A stretch of 32,830 nt of DNA. Origin: a candidate division FCPU426 bacterium (lineage in GTDB: Bacteria; Oederibacteriota; Muellerivitia; Muellerivitales; Muellerivitaceae). Positions 10,535 through 21,111 of the stretch are shown one piece after another; the first letter of the stretch is position 1, and the number at the start of each line of letters is the position of its first letter. The notes beneath the pieces are model-generated. The model ran no database searches. It was not told the DNA's origin and worked only from the letters and a program-made list of their open reading frames with translations. Made by a program: the position numbers and the translations under genes. The stretch spans positions 1-32,830 of the forward strand of contig CAWHOE010000024.1 of NCBI GenBank assembly GCA_963830915.1, in the 5' to 3' direction.

Positions 10535-12751
10535 ATGAAAACTGACGGACGATCCAGGGAAAACTGGGCCGGGATAGGCGCGCTTTTCTTCCTGGTGTTT
10601 TTGTTATATCACCGGATCTTCTTGGGTGGACAAACGGTTGTCTTGTCCGATTCGTCCAGGTTTTTTTATCCCCTTTGGAAATGGGGGGCGGGGGTCTGGA
10701 AAGGGGGCGTGATCCCCTTATGGAACCCGGACGCTGGATTGGGAACGCCTTATCTTGCGGACCCGCAGATGGCGGCCTGGTACCCGCCGTTGGTAACACT
10801 CTATTATTCATTGACACCGACCTGCGCGTTCAATTCGCTGATCTTGGGCCATCATCTTTGGGCCGTGATCGGGTTTTGGCTATTCGCTAGAGGGCGTGGG
10901 TTAAGTCCCATGACGGCCATGCTGGGATGCTTGATCTTCGGGTTTTCCTTCAACGCGATCAGCCTTTCCTGGATCACTTCCATGCTGTTCGCCTATTCCT
11001 GGATACCGTGGGTCTTTTTGACCGCCGATCGATTGAGGAAAGGCCTGCCAGGCTCGACCCTTTTCTTTTTTGTGGTCACGGCCATGCAAATGGCCTCTGG
11101 GTACCCCCTTTTCGCCTATTTGACCATGTTGGCTGTGTTCCTGCTTTGGGTCCTGGAAGGCATTCTGGACGAAAACAAGGGGCAGGGAAATCGGGCCTCG
11201 CCTGTAGTATGGGCATTGGCGGCGGTCGGTTTGGCGTCACTTTACAACTCGGCTTGGCTGTTTCCGTTATGGGAAATGGTCCCTTTCACCAATCTTTCCG
11301 AACGGGTCCAAATGTCCCAAGCCATGTCCTGGATCGACCTGGTCACCTGGTTCAATCCCTTCGCGAACGGGCATCCTCTTTATTCCCATCCCGACATCCC
11401 ATTTTCCTTTACGGTCTATTTCGCCGGGCTTCCGGTGTTGGTGATGATCTTCTGGAAATTATTGAGGGGTAAGGGTAGGGACTCGGCGCTGATCTTCCTT
11501 TTATTCGTGTTCTTGTTGAGCCTGGGTGAGACAGGGATCGTCGGGGGATGGCTCAAGAGGTTTCTCCCTGGGTATGTATTTGTGGTTCGATCGGGTTATT
11601 GGATGCCGCTGGTTATGTTCGGGACCGCTTTGTTTTTGGCCAATGCCGCGGAAGAGTTTGTTTCCGAGCGACGACAGAAGTCTTTCTTTTCGGCCGCGCT
11701 TTGGGTTTTCGCCGCCACGATCGTTTATTTATTGGCCCTCTGGTTCGGGGTCCCCGTGGACCTATGGACCCATTGGGCGTCCTATTTATTCGTTCTTTTA
11801 TCCGGGGCCTGGATGTTCTTTGATCCTGGCTGGCGGAAGATCTTCTTGGCGGCGGCGATCGTTCTTTCCTTGGGGCCGGTCGACCGCAGCATCCAGTTCA
11901 CAATGGATCGGGATTATTATGATTCCCCGCCAACGATAGGCGCTAGCCTGGGTAAGGTTGGCAGGATCTATCATTCGCCCGAGACCATGGACCGGTTCAG
12001 GACCGTGTCGGGAAAAAGCGTTCCGGATATCTACCAGACCTTGAAGCGATCCCTTGTCCCGAATTGGCCTCTGACCGAGGGATGGGAGGAAGCGGGTTAC
12101 GCAAACACATTGTTCTTACTTTCCTCGCTCAAGTGGGATCAGTACGCTTCCGAAACCATACGAAAAAAAGACGATAGGATCGTGGATTATCTCGGCATCC
12201 GATATGTCGTCGGTGAATCGCCGGAGAATAGTTGGAAAGTCGTGCCGAACGGAGGAATTGGGCTCAAGCTGACGGAAAACCCGTTCCCATCCTCAAAGTG
12301 GAATGCCGTGCGATCGGCCTTGCCAGCCCAAGGCGAGAGTGATGGGGTCAGGATGCTGTCGGATCGAACTTTTGATTTTAAAAGGCTCTGTTTTATTGAG
12401 GATCGGACCCAAGGGGGGGACTATAATCCGCGGATCGTGACCGAATCAGGAAGAACGGTCGATCGCATCGATCTTCAAGCCCTGGGAGGCGGTCGGGCTC
12501 TCTTGGTCTCCAACGAAACAGCCTATCCAGGCTGGATCGCGCTAGTCGGAGATCAATGGCGTTCGATGGAGATGGTCAATGATGGATTCCGGGGGATAAC
12601 GCTACAAGAGGGAGAGGAACGAGCCTCGGCCATTTACGCGCCCGGCTCATTTCGACTGGGTCTGTTCCTGTCGCTTCTTTCTATTGGAATTGGTTTCGGG
12701 TTGTTGATCAAACATTTATTACCCAAGAGGTTCCCAATTGCCGGTCCATGA
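10535..12751 (+). CDS. YfhO-family polytopic membrane protein (GT-C-type glycosyltransferase-like)
   Basis: N-terminal D..RFFYP...IPLWNP...GTPYLADPQ..WYP, many TM segments, and a C-terminal LLVSNETAYPGW...FRGI...YAPGSFRLGL + TM. The start is uncertain (10493 or 10535). Confidence 0.8.
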   Translation: MKTDGRSRENWAGIGALFFLVFLLYHRIFLGGQTVVLSDSSRFFYPLWKWGAGVWKGGVIPLWNPDAGLGTPYLADPQMAAWYPPLVTLYYSLTPTCAFNSLILGHHLWAVIGFWLFARGRGLSPMTAMLGCLIFGFSFNAISLSWITSMLFAYSWIPWVFLTADRLRKGLPGSTLFFFVVTAMQMASGYPLFAYLTMLAVFLLWVLEGILDENKGQGNRASPVVWALAAVGLASLYNSAWLFPLWEMVPFTNLSERVQMSQAMSWIDLVTWFNPFANGHPLYSHPDIPFSFTVYFAGLPVLVMIFWKLLRGKGRDSALIFLLFVFLLSLGETGIVGGWLKRFLPGYVFVVRSGYWMPLVMFGTALFLANAAEEFVSERRQKSFFSAALWVFAATIVYLLALWFGVPVDLWTHWASYLFVLLSGAWMFFDPGWRKIFLAAAIVLSLGPVDRSIQFTMDRDYYDSPPTIGASLGKVGRIYHSPETMDRFRTVSGKSVPDIYQTLKRSLVPNWPLTEGWEEAGYANTLFLLSSLKWDQYASETIRKKDDRIVDYLGIRYVVGESPENSWKVVPNGGIGLKLTENPFPSSKWNAVRSALPAQGESDGVRMLSDRTFDFKRLCFIEDRTQGGDYNPRIVTESGRTVDRIDLQALGGGRALLVSNETAYPGWIALVGDQWRSMEMVNDGFRGITLQEGEERASAIYAPGSFRLGLFLSLLSIGIGFGLLIKHLLPKRFPIAGP

Positions 12752-13865
12752 TTTTGTCATTACCAACCGTGATTCTGTAACCTCAGCCAGGGCCGGTGTT
12801 TTGACCCTCCCGCATGGCCAGGTCAAGACTCCCTGTTATATGCCGGTAGGTACCCAGGCCTCGGTGAAAGCCTTATCGACCGAGGATGTCCTGGCCTGCG
12901 GCTCGGAAATACTATTAGCCAATACCTATCACCTGATGCTCAGGCCTGGCGCGGACCTCATTGAAAAGGCAGGGGGATTGCATTCGTTCATGCATTGGGA
13001 AAAACCCATCCTGACCGATAGCGGCGGATTCCAGGTCTTCAGCCTGGCGGACCTGCGGACCATCAGCGAAGAGGGGGTCAAATTCCAATCCCATTTGGAT
13101 GGCAGCGCCTGGGAGATGACCCCGGAGTCGGCGACCGGGATCCAGCATAAGATCGGCGCCGATATCATCATGGCCTTTGACGAATGCATCCCTTATCCCT
13201 CCAGCGAGGAATATGTGGACGCTTCGGTCGAGCGAACGACCCGTTGGGCCGAACGTTGTTTGAGGACCCATCGGAAAAGCGGGAGGGAAAACATTCAATC
13301 CCTTTATGGGGTCGTTCAGGGATCGGGCTTCCCGCATTTAAGGGAGAAAAGCGCCAAGCAATTATTGGAATTCGACTTTCCGGGATACGCGATCGGCGGT
13401 GTGTCGGTCGGGGAGCCTAAAGAGATCATTTACCAGGTCGTCGGTCGAACCGCGCCCTTTCTGCCCGAGAACAAGCCCCGGTATTTGATGGGAGTGGGGA
13501 CTCCTGAGGATCTGTGGGAGTGCGTGGAGCGGGGGATGGACCTATTCGATTGTGTCATGCCGACCAGGATCGCCCGAAATGGTACGGCCCTCACCCGCCA
13601 GGGAAGGGTCATCCTCAAGAACGCTCAATATATCCAGGACTTCAGCCCATTGGATCCCCAATGCTCCTGTGAATGCTGCCGTAACTACACCAAGTCCTAT
13701 TTACGACACTTGTTCCAGGCGGAGGAATTGCTGGTCCTGAGATTGGTGAGTCTCCACAACCTGCATTTCATGAATGAGGTCGCGGGAATGATCCGGCGAT
13801 CGATCGAGGAAGGCCGATTTTCAGAGGCTAAAAAAAGCTTTTTTTCATCCTACTTTGGGAAATAA
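12738..13865 (+). CDS. tgt: Queuine tRNA-ribosyltransferase (tRNA-guanine transglycosylase)
   Basis: Motifs TPCYMPVGT, LANTYHL, LTDSGGFQVFSL, KPRYLMGVG, FDCVMPTR and the Zn site CSCECC...HNL. The TTG start overlaps the yfhO-like gene by 14 nt. Confidence 0.97.
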   Translation: MPVHDFVITNRDSVTSARAGVLTLPHGQVKTPCYMPVGTQASVKALSTEDVLACGSEILLANTYHLMLRPGADLIEKAGGLHSFMHWEKPILTDSGGFQVFSLADLRTISEEGVKFQSHLDGSAWEMTPESATGIQHKIGADIIMAFDECIPYPSSEEYVDASVERTTRWAERCLRTHRKSGRENIQSLYGVVQGSGFPHLREKSAKQLLEFDFPGYAIGGVSVGEPKEIIYQVVGRTAPFLPENKPRYLMGVGTPEDLWECVERGMDLFDCVMPTRIARNGTALTRQGRVILKNAQYIQDFSPLDPQCSCECCRNYTKSYLRHLFQAEELLVLRLVSLHNLHFMNEVAGMIRRSIEEGRFSEAKKSFFSSYFGK

Positions 13866-13976
13866 AGCTGTTTTTAAGAAGGGGTAAATTTTACCCTTCT
13901 GGGTCTTAGTGACCTTCGAAAGAGGATGAAACCGCAATAAATGACTTTGTTTTGTTTCCTTTTAGCCGCTTTCGAA

Positions 13977-13992
13977 TGGCACGACCTTTGCT
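13977..13992 (+). promoter_or_regulatory. Sigma-54 (-24/-12) promoter
   Basis: TGGCACGACCTTTGCT matches the consensus TGGCACG-N4-TTGCW exactly and lies just upstream of the kinase gene. Confidence 0.8.
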
Positions 13993-14004
13993 CCATTAGT
14001 GGCC

Positions 14005-15798
14005 ATGAGCATCGCAACCGCAGACTTACATCCTAGAGAAATAGCGCCGGTTCCCTTTTTTCGGTTCCGGTTCCCTCACCATTTGGTTAGCCATCCGGCG
14101 TTGGGCAGGAAAGGCATCTTATCCGTCTTTCGGGCCCTGATATTCCTGATCATCCTTGTGTTGGTCTTTTTCAATAAGAACGAAAACCAAGTGGTTTGGA
14201 ACCTGAAGATCGATCTATTTTTTGGTTTCTACCTTTTGTCCATTATCGGGATGTTTTTTTTAAATCCCAAATGGCTGGATAAAAAGTATTTCCTCCCGGG
14301 AATATTCATGGTGGATACGGTCTTCATCACCCTCGGGATTTATCGGTCGGGAATGATCGACTCCGATCTGTTCCTTGTTTTCTTCACGACGGTCTTTATT
14401 TCAGCCATCTCTCAGGATGTGAAGAGCGTATTTTCGGTCGCGTTGGTTTCCTGTGTCCTGTACGGCTTCCTGGAATACAAAAGCACGGGCGAATTCTTCA
14501 ACACCGACACCAACTTCCTCGTCCGATTTCCGTTCCTGTTCGTAGCCGCCGCTTTGAGCGGATTCATGGCCATGGACACCAAGAAACATAAGGACGCCCA
14601 CGCCAGGCTCATGAACATGAACCAGTTCCTGGCGGAACGGGCGGACGCTTCCACCCAGAAGCTGATCGTGATGAACCAAAAACTTAAATCCTTGCTGGAA
14701 TATCATCATTGCGTCCTGTCTTCATTGAAGACCGGCGTGATCGTGGCGCAGAAGGATGGGCATATCAGGACTTTCAACGCCGGAGCCAGACAGATCACCG
14801 GCTGTGTGGAAGCGGAGATGGCGGAAAGGACGGTGGATACCCTGCCCGAGGAATTGGCCCCCATCGCCGCCGCGTTGAAAAGGACCCTGGAAACCGAGAA
14901 AAGCTTCGTTCAAGACCATTTGGACATCAAAACCACACGGTCGGAAATGCTGCCGATCACCCTGGAAACTTCGGCGCTGAGGGCCGGAAACGGGGAATTG
15001 CTGGGGGCGATCGCGACCTTGAAGGACGTGACATTACTCCGGCAGATGGAAACCCAATTGGTCAGGTCCGAACGATTCTCCGCGCTAGGTGAAATGGCCG
15101 CGGGAGTGGCCCACGAGATCAAGAATCCCCTGAACGCCATCATGGGATTTTCCAAGAGATTGTCCTCGAAACTTCAGGAACCCAACCTGAAAAAGTACGC
15201 CGAGATCATCGCGGAAGAAGTGGTAAGGATGGACGCCATCGTGAATGACGTGCTCGAATATAGCCGACCGGACCGGGTGAGCAAGGTCCCGACGGATATC
15301 CACGCGATGGTCGACGAGACCATCCAGTTCCTCAACGAGAAACTCGAGAAAGGGAACATCCGCATCATCAAGAATTATAGTTCCGACATGCCCCTGGTGG
15401 CCATGGACCTCCCGAAGATAAGGCAGGTGGTCCTGAACCTGGTATTGAACGCGGTCCAGGCGATGCCGGAGGGAGGGACCCTTACCTTGAGCACGGGCGT
15501 GGTGGATGGGTTGGTGGTCCAAGATCATAAGCAGGTGGAAGCGGACCAGCTTTTTCAACAGCTGTTTCTCCAGCAGAAAATGGGGATCCTGACCGTCCAG
15601 GATACGGGTTGTGGGATATCCAAGGAGAACATGTCGAAACTTTTCCACCCCTTTTTCACGACCAAGATCACCGGAACCGGATTGGGATTGAGTATCTGTC
15701 ATAAGATCATCGCTTCGCATGGAGGGACTTTGGATGTTCAAAGTGAACCGGGCAAAGGCAGCCGGTTCTCGGTTTCACTGCCGTTGGAAGACGCTTGA
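14005..15798 (+). CDS. Membrane-bound PAS-domain sensor histidine kinase (NtrB/PilS-like HisKA)
   Basis: It has ~5 N-terminal TM segments, a PAS-like region (FNAGARQITG), H-box GVAHEIKNPL, N-box NLVLNAVQAM, DTGCG, PFFTTK and GTGLGL. The start is uncertain. Confidence 0.92.
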   Translation: MSIATADLHPREIAPVPFFRFRFPHHLVSHPALGRKGILSVFRALIFLIILVLVFFNKNENQVVWNLKIDLFFGFYLLSIIGMFFLNPKWLDKKYFLPGIFMVDTVFITLGIYRSGMIDSDLFLVFFTTVFISAISQDVKSVFSVALVSCVLYGFLEYKSTGEFFNTDTNFLVRFPFLFVAAALSGFMAMDTKKHKDAHARLMNMNQFLAERADASTQKLIVMNQKLKSLLEYHHCVLSSLKTGVIVAQKDGHIRTFNAGARQITGCVEAEMAERTVDTLPEELAPIAAALKRTLETEKSFVQDHLDIKTTRSEMLPITLETSALRAGNGELLGAIATLKDVTLLRQMETQLVRSERFSALGEMAAGVAHEIKNPLNAIMGFSKRLSSKLQEPNLKKYAEIIAEEVVRMDAIVNDVLEYSRPDRVSKVPTDIHAMVDETIQFLNEKLEKGNIRIIKNYSSDMPLVAMDLPKIRQVVLNLVLNAVQAMPEGGTLTLSTGVVDGLVVQDHKQVEADQLFQQLFLQQKMGILTVQDTGCGISKENMSKLFHPFFTTKITGTGLGLSICHKIIASHGGTLDVQSEPGKGSRFSVSLPLEDA

Positions 15799-15826
15799 GG
15801 GAAAGTAAAATATAAGGAGGCGGATC

Positions 15827-16216
15827 ATGGAGAAGAAAAATTACACCATACTTCTGGCGGAAGATGAGGAAGCGTCCCGTTTCCTCTATTACGAGGAGCT
15901 TTCCGAGGAAGGCTACCGTGTACTGACCGCCGCGAATGGTCTCCAAGTCCTGGGTTTCCTGGAGGACGACAAAGTGGATCTTCTTCTGACCGATATCAAG
16001 ATGCCCGATATGCACGCGATGGAAATGATCCCTATTGTTCGACAGGATTTTCCAGACCTGCCGATCCTGGTGGCTTCCGCTTTTAAAGGGATGGAGGACG
16101 ATTTCACCCTGAAAGGGTTCAATATCAGCGGGTTTTACACCAAGCCGGTGGATATTTCGCTTTTGAAAAAGAGGATCGAGGAAATATTGTGCTCCCGAGT
16201 TCCCGTGGCCGCTTAA
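15827..16216 (+). CDS. Single-domain response regulator (receiver only)
   Basis: Motifs ILLAEDE, LLLTDIKMP (phospho-Asp), ASA and TKPV, with a strong AAGGAGG Shine-Dalgarno. Confidence 0.92.
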   Translation: MEKKNYTILLAEDEEASRFLYYEELSEEGYRVLTAANGLQVLGFLEDDKVDLLLTDIKMPDMHAMEMIPIVRQDFPDLPILVASAFKGMEDDFTLKGFNISGFYTKPVDISLLKKRIEEILCSRVPVAA

Positions 16217-16426
16217 CCGAAATGGGTGATCCGCTTTTCCTTTATAAAAGGTGAAGCCTTTTTTATCGGTTTGAACTTTATTTATTTTATGAAATATTTT
16301 CCCCGCCCTAAACGTCGCGGTCACGACTTTTTTCGCGTTTGAAGCCGTGCGGGCTGAAAATCGGAAAATCCCTCGATATTGACCATTCTTTTGATTCCCT
16401 GGAAAGCCCCGCCGGCCCAACATAAC

Positions 16427-16455
16427 TTGAAAAAGCCCATAAACTGTAGTAATTT
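16427..16455 (+). promoter_or_regulatory. Putative sigma-70 promoter for gltBD
   Basis: TTGAAA-N17-TAATTT. Confidence 0.5.
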
Positions 16456-16480
16456 AACTCCCCACTTTGATCATCGTCAC

Positions 16481-16514
16481 AAAGGCGGCCGAGTCTTTTG
16501 GGCCGCTTTTTTTT
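16481..16514 (+). terminator. Intrinsic terminator in the gltB 5' leader (possible attenuator)
   Basis: Stem AAAGGCGGCC...GGCCGCTTTT followed by T8 (16507-16514), ~40 nt upstream of the gltB start. Confidence 0.7.
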
Positions 16515-16555
16515 GACTCTAAATGGGCCGGATCAACCAATCGGGAGAAACCATC

Positions 16556-19500
16556 GTGGAAACGAACACCCCTGAACCTCAGAGCGAGAATTTGCTATAC
16601 CCCTTTGACGCCGGGAAGGATTCCTGCGGGGTTGGGTTCGTCGCCAACATCAAGAACAAGAAATCCCACGGGATCGTCCAGCAAGGGGTCGAGATCCTCC
16701 TGAACCTGGCCCATCGGGGCGCTTGCGGATGCGAAACCAACACGGGCGACGGCGCCGGGATATTACTTCAGATCGCCGACAAGTTCTTCCGTAAGAACGC
16801 CTTCAAATGGCAGATCAAGCTCCCTGTGGAAGGGGAATACGGGGTCGGCGTCATCTTCCTGCCTCAAGACCCGGACCAGGCGAAAACCTGCGAGACCATC
16901 CTGGAAAAAGTCGTGAAGGAAGAGGGCCAAAAGTTGCTGGGTTGGCGGATGATCCCCACCGAAAATTCCGAGGTTGGGCCAACCGCTCGCGCCGGGGAAC
17001 CGGTCATGAAGCAGGTTTTCGTCGGGAAAAACCCTTCCATCCCGGATCAGGACGCCTTCGAACGTAAACTTTTTTTGATACGCAAAAGGACGGAACACGC
17101 TGTTTCGGGTACGGCAAGTATCACCGAGAAAAAGCTGTTTTACATCCCGAGCTTTTCGTGCCGGACAGTTCTTTATAAAGGGATGCTGACTCCCGGGCAG
17201 GTTTCTCCCTATTTCCCCGACTTGAGGGACCCGGATATGGAATCGGCCTTGGCCCTGGTCCATTCCCGTTTTTCCACCAATACCTTCCCCTCTTGGGACC
17301 TGGCCCATCCTTTCCGTTATATCGCCCATAATGGCGAGATCAACACTTTGCGGGGCAATATCAACTGGATGCACGCGCGGGAAGCCCTGTTTGATTGCGA
17401 GCTGTTCACCCCCGACGAGATGAAAAAACTACTGCCGATCGTCCGGGAGGGTCAATCCGACTCGGCCACCTTCGACAACGCCCTTGAAATCTTGGTCATG
17501 TGCGGCAGGTCCCTGCCTCACGCCATGATGATGCTGATCCCGGAAGCCTGGACAGGCCACGCGACCATGCCCCAGTACAAGAAGGATTTCTATCATTACC
17601 ATTCCAGCCTCATGGAACCCTGGGATGGCCCCGCTTCCATCGCATTTACCGATGGAAAGGTTATTGGCGCGGTCCTGGACAGAAACGGACTCAGACCATC
17701 CCGTTATTATGTCACGAAGGATGACATGGTCATCATGGCCTCGGAAGTCGGGGTTTTGGACATCGAACCGTCCCGTGTGGCCAAAAAAGGCCGTTTGGAA
17801 CCTGGCAAGATGTTCCTCATCGACTTGAATGAGGGACGTATCATCGATGACGGTGAATTGAAGGAAAAGATCTCCAAACAACAGCCCTACGGAGAGTGGA
17901 TCAAGAGCAATCTCATCACCTTGGATAAACTTCCCCAGGCCCCCCATGTTCCAGAACCCAATCACGAAACGGTCCTGAAACGCCAAAAGGCCTTCGGCTA
18001 TACCCATGAAGAAATCAAGATATTGATGGCCCCTATGGCGACCAATGGGGAAGAACCCATCGGTTCCATGGGCGACGACACCCCCCTGGCGGTCCTATCG
18101 ACTAGGCCTCAATCCCTTTTTAACTATTTCAAACAGCTCTTCGCCCAAGTCACCAATCCTCCCCTGGACGCCATTCGGGAGGAGTTGGTCACTTCCGTCA
18201 GCACCACGATCGGACCCGAGGGGAACTTGCTGAAACCTACCCCTGAAAGCTGCCGGCAGGTCGAACTGCACAGCCCGGTGCTGGATAACGATGAAATGGC
18301 CAAGTTTACCCATATCCAATGGAATGGATTCAAGGCCGTGACCCTACCAATCCTTTTCAAGGTATCGGAAGGCGGCGCGGGGCTATCGAAAGCGATGGAA
18401 GAGATATGCCGCAAAGCCAGCCAGGCTGTCAAAGACGGGGCCCAGATCATCATCCTGTCCGACAGGGGACTGGACCACGACTTGGCCCCCATTCCCAGCC
18501 TCTTGGCCACGGCCGGTGTCCATCATCACCTCATCAAGAACGGCGAAAGGACCAAGGTCGGCCTGATCGTCGAGTCAGGTGAGCCCCGGGAAGTCCATCA
18601 TTTCGGCCTTCTATTGGGTTATGGGGCCAACGCGATCAATCCCTATCTGGCTTTCGAGACATTGGACGACATGATCCGACGTAAGATACTGCCCTCCGAT
18701 ATCGACCATAAGACCGCCGTGAAGAAATACATCAAGGCCGCTAACAAAGGCATCGTCAAGATCATGTCGAAAATGGGCATCTCGACCATCCAGAGCTATC
18801 GAGGAGCCCAGATCTTCGAGGCGATCGGTTTGAATAAGGATTTCATCGATCGATATTTCACCTGGACCCCTACCCGTATCCAGGGTATCGGCCTGGATGA
18901 GATCGCCACCGAGACAGGGAACCGTCACCGGTCCGCTTTTCCGGAAAGACCTTCCCGGGAATTGGACCTGGATTGGGGAGGACGTTATCAATGGCGCAGG
19001 GATGGGGAAAAGCATCTTTTCAATCCTGAGACGATCCACAAACTCCAGATCGCGGTCAAGACGGGCAATTTCAAGTTGTTCAAAGAATACGCGAAGGGCA
19101 TCAATGACCAATCAACGGCGCTTTGCACCCTTCGGGGTCTTTTCAAGTTCAAGAAGGGAAATTCCATCCCCCTGGACCAGGTCGAGCCGGCCAAGGAGAT
19201 CGTCAAACGATTCGTGACCGGGGCCATGTCCTACGGTTCCATCAGCAAGGAAGCCCATGAGACCTTGGCCATCGCCATGAACCGCTTGGGCGGCAAATCC
19301 AACACGGGCGAGGGCGGAGAGGACGAGGAACGTTTCAAACCGGAATCGAACGGGGATTCCCGTAACTCAGGCATCAAGCAAGTGGCCTCCGGTCGTTTCG
19401 GGGTGACCAGCCACTATCTGGTCAACGCCCGGGAGATCCAGATCAAGATGGCCCAAGGCGCGAAACCCGGCGAAGGCGGGCAGCTGCCAGCCAAGAAAGT

Positions 19501-21100
19501 CTATCCCTGGATCGCCAAGACCCGTCATTCCACTCCCTTTGTGGGACTCATATCGCCTCCGCCGCACCATGACATCTATTCCATCGAGGACTTGGCGCAA
19601 CTGATCCATGACCTGAAGAACGCCAACAAGTTCGCCAGGGTTTCGGTGAAGCTGGTGGCTGAAGTCGGGGTGGGAACGGTCGCGGCCGGCGTCAGCAAGG
19701 CCCATGCCGACCACGTTTTGATCAGCGGGTTCGACGGCGGGACGGGAGCTTCCCCCTTGACCTCCATCAAACACGCGGGCATTCCCTGGGAGCTCGGTTT
19801 GGCCGAGACCCACCAGATCCTGGTCAAGAACAAGCTCCGGGATCGGATCGTGGTACAGACCGACGGTCAGATGAAGACCGGACGGGACGCGGCCATCGCC
19901 TGCCTTTTAGGCGCGGAAGAATACGGTTTTTCGACCGCCGCGCTTATCTCGGAAGGCTGCGTCATGATGAGGGTTTGTCAGCAGGATACCTGCCCGGTGG
20001 GCATCGCCACCCAGAACCCCGAGTTGAGGAAAAAATTCACCGGGAAACCGGAATATGTGGTCAATTTCATGACCTTCGTCGCCGAAGAGATGAGGGAGTA
20101 CATGGCGGAGATGGGTTTCAAAACGGTCAATGAGATGGTCGGCCATTCGGAGATGCTGGAAATGAACGAGGCCATCACCCACTGGAAATCCAAGGGGTTG
20201 GATTTCTCGGCCATCTTCCACAAGCCGGAGGAAGCCAATCAGGGTCCGGTCTATTGTGTGCAAAAACAGGATCACGGATTGGATAAGGCCCTGGACCACG
20301 AAGTCCTGATCGAACGCTGCAAACCAGCGTTGGAAGAGAGAAAACCGGTCAAGTTCGAGGTCCCCATCCGGAATATCAACCGGACCGTGGGCACTTTGTT
20401 GGGCGCGGAGATATCCAGGAAATACGGGGCGCAAGGCCTTCCGGATGACACCATTCAGATCACCTTCAAGGGCTCGGCCGGCCAAAGTTTCGGCGCTTTC
20501 GTTCCCAGAGGCATGACCCTTCGCCTGGAAGGGGATGCCAATGACTACGTTGGCAAAGGGCTCTGCGGCGGAAAGATCATCGTCCAGCCTTCCAAAGGCA
20601 TCACCTTCGTTCCCGAGGATAACATCATCGTGGGTAATGTCCTTTTCTACGGGGCCACTAGCGGGGAAGGTTATATCCGGGGCAAGGCCGGGGAGAGGTT
20701 CTGCGTCCGGAATTCAGGCGTCCACGCGGTCGTCGAGGGTGTGGGGGATCATGGCTGCGAATATATGACCGGGGGCAGGGTCGTCGTCATCGGGGATACG
20801 GGCCGGAATTTCGCGGCTGGCATGAGCGGTGGCGTGGCTTATGTTTGGAACAAGACGGGTGACTTCGAGATCCGCTGCAACAAGGACATGGTCGCACTCG
20901 AGCAACTGGAGGACGAGGATATCAAGCTCGTCCAGACCATGCTCCAGAAGCACAAGGATTACACGGGAAGCAAGGTGGCCGGGGAATTGTTGAAGGATTG
21001 GGAAAAAATGGTCAAACAATTCGTCAAGGTGATGCCGATCGAGTACAAAAAGGCCCTTCAGGCCCAAAAAGAAGCCGCGGCCAAAGCCGCAGTCGCGTAA
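16556..21100 (+). CDS. gltB: Glutamate synthase large subunit
   Basis: DSCGVGF (catalytic Cys), [44 protein letters not shown] and the CxxxxxCxxxxC Fe-S site. The GTG start follows a GGGAG Shine-Dalgarno; the alternative is ATG 16523. Confidence 0.98.
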   Translation: METNTPEPQSENLLYPFDAGKDSCGVGFVANIKNKKSHGIVQQGVEILLNLAHRGACGCETNTGDGAGILLQIADKFFRKNAFKWQIKLPVEGEYGVGVIFLPQDPDQAKTCETILEKVVKEEGQKLLGWRMIPTENSEVGPTARAGEPVMKQVFVGKNPSIPDQDAFERKLFLIRKRTEHAVSGTASITEKKLFYIPSFSCRTVLYKGMLTPGQVSPYFPDLRDPDMESALALVHSRFSTNTFPSWDLAHPFRYIAHNGEINTLRGNINWMHAREALFDCELFTPDEMKKLLPIVREGQSDSATFDNALEILVMCGRSLPHAMMMLIPEAWTGHATMPQYKKDFYHYHSSLMEPWDGPASIAFTDGKVIGAVLDRNGLRPSRYYVTKDDMVIMASEVGVLDIEPSRVAKKGRLEPGKMFLIDLNEGRIIDDGELKEKISKQQPYGEWIKSNLITLDKLPQAPHVPEPNHETVLKRQKAFGYTHEEIKILMAPMATNGEEPIGSMGDDTPLAVLSTRPQSLFNYFKQLFAQVTNPPLDAIREELVTSVSTTIGPEGNLLKPTPESCRQVELHSPVLDNDEMAKFTHIQWNGFKAVTLPILFKVSEGGAGLSKAMEEICRKASQAVKDGAQIIILSDRGLDHDLAPIPSLLATAGVHHHLIKNGERTKVGLIVESGEPREVHHFGLLLGYGANAINPYLAFETLDDMIRRKILPSDIDHKTAVKKYIKAANKGIVKIMSKMGISTIQSYRGAQIFEAIGLNKDFIDRYFTWTPTRIQGIGLDEIATETGNRHRSAFPERPSRELDLDWGGRYQWRRDGEKHLFNPETIHKLQIAVKTGNFKLFKEYAKGINDQSTALCTLRGLFKFKKGNSIPLDQVEPAKEIVKRFVTGAMSYGSISKEAHETLAIAMNRLGGKSNTGEGGEDEERFKPESNGDSRNSGIKQVASGRFGVTSHYLVNAREIQIKMAQGAKPGEGGQLPAKKVYPWIAKTRHSTPFVGLISPPPHHDIYSIEDLAQLIHDLKNANKFARVSVKLVAEVGVGTVAAGVSKAHADHVLISGFDGGTGASPLTSIKHAGIPWELGLAETHQILVKNKLRDRIVVQTDGQMKTGRDAAIACLLGAEEYGFSTAALISEGCVMMRVCQQDTCPVGIATQNPELRKKFTGKPEYVVNFMTFVAEEMREYMAEMGFKTVNEMVGHSEMLEMNEAITHWKSKGLDFSAIFHKPEEANQGPVYCVQKQDHGLDKALDHEVLIERCKPALEERKPVKFEVPIRNINRTVGTLLGAEISRKYGAQGLPDDTIQITFKGSAGQSFGAFVPRGMTLRLEGDANDYVGKGLCGGKIIVQPSKGITFVPEDNIIVGNVLFYGATSGEGYIRGKAGERFCVRNSGVHAVVEGVGDHGCEYMTGGRVVVIGDTGRNFAAGMSGGVAYVWNKTGDFEIRCNKDMVALEQLEDEDIKLVQTMLQKHKDYTGSKVAGELLKDWEKMVKQFVKVMPIEYKKALQAQKEAAAKAAVA

Positions 21101-21111
21101 GGAACGATCAT

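Noticed and set aside
13830..13845. A7-GC-T7 perfect palindrome at the end of tgt
   Set aside because: It is low-complexity coding sequence (KKSFF) with no sign of function.
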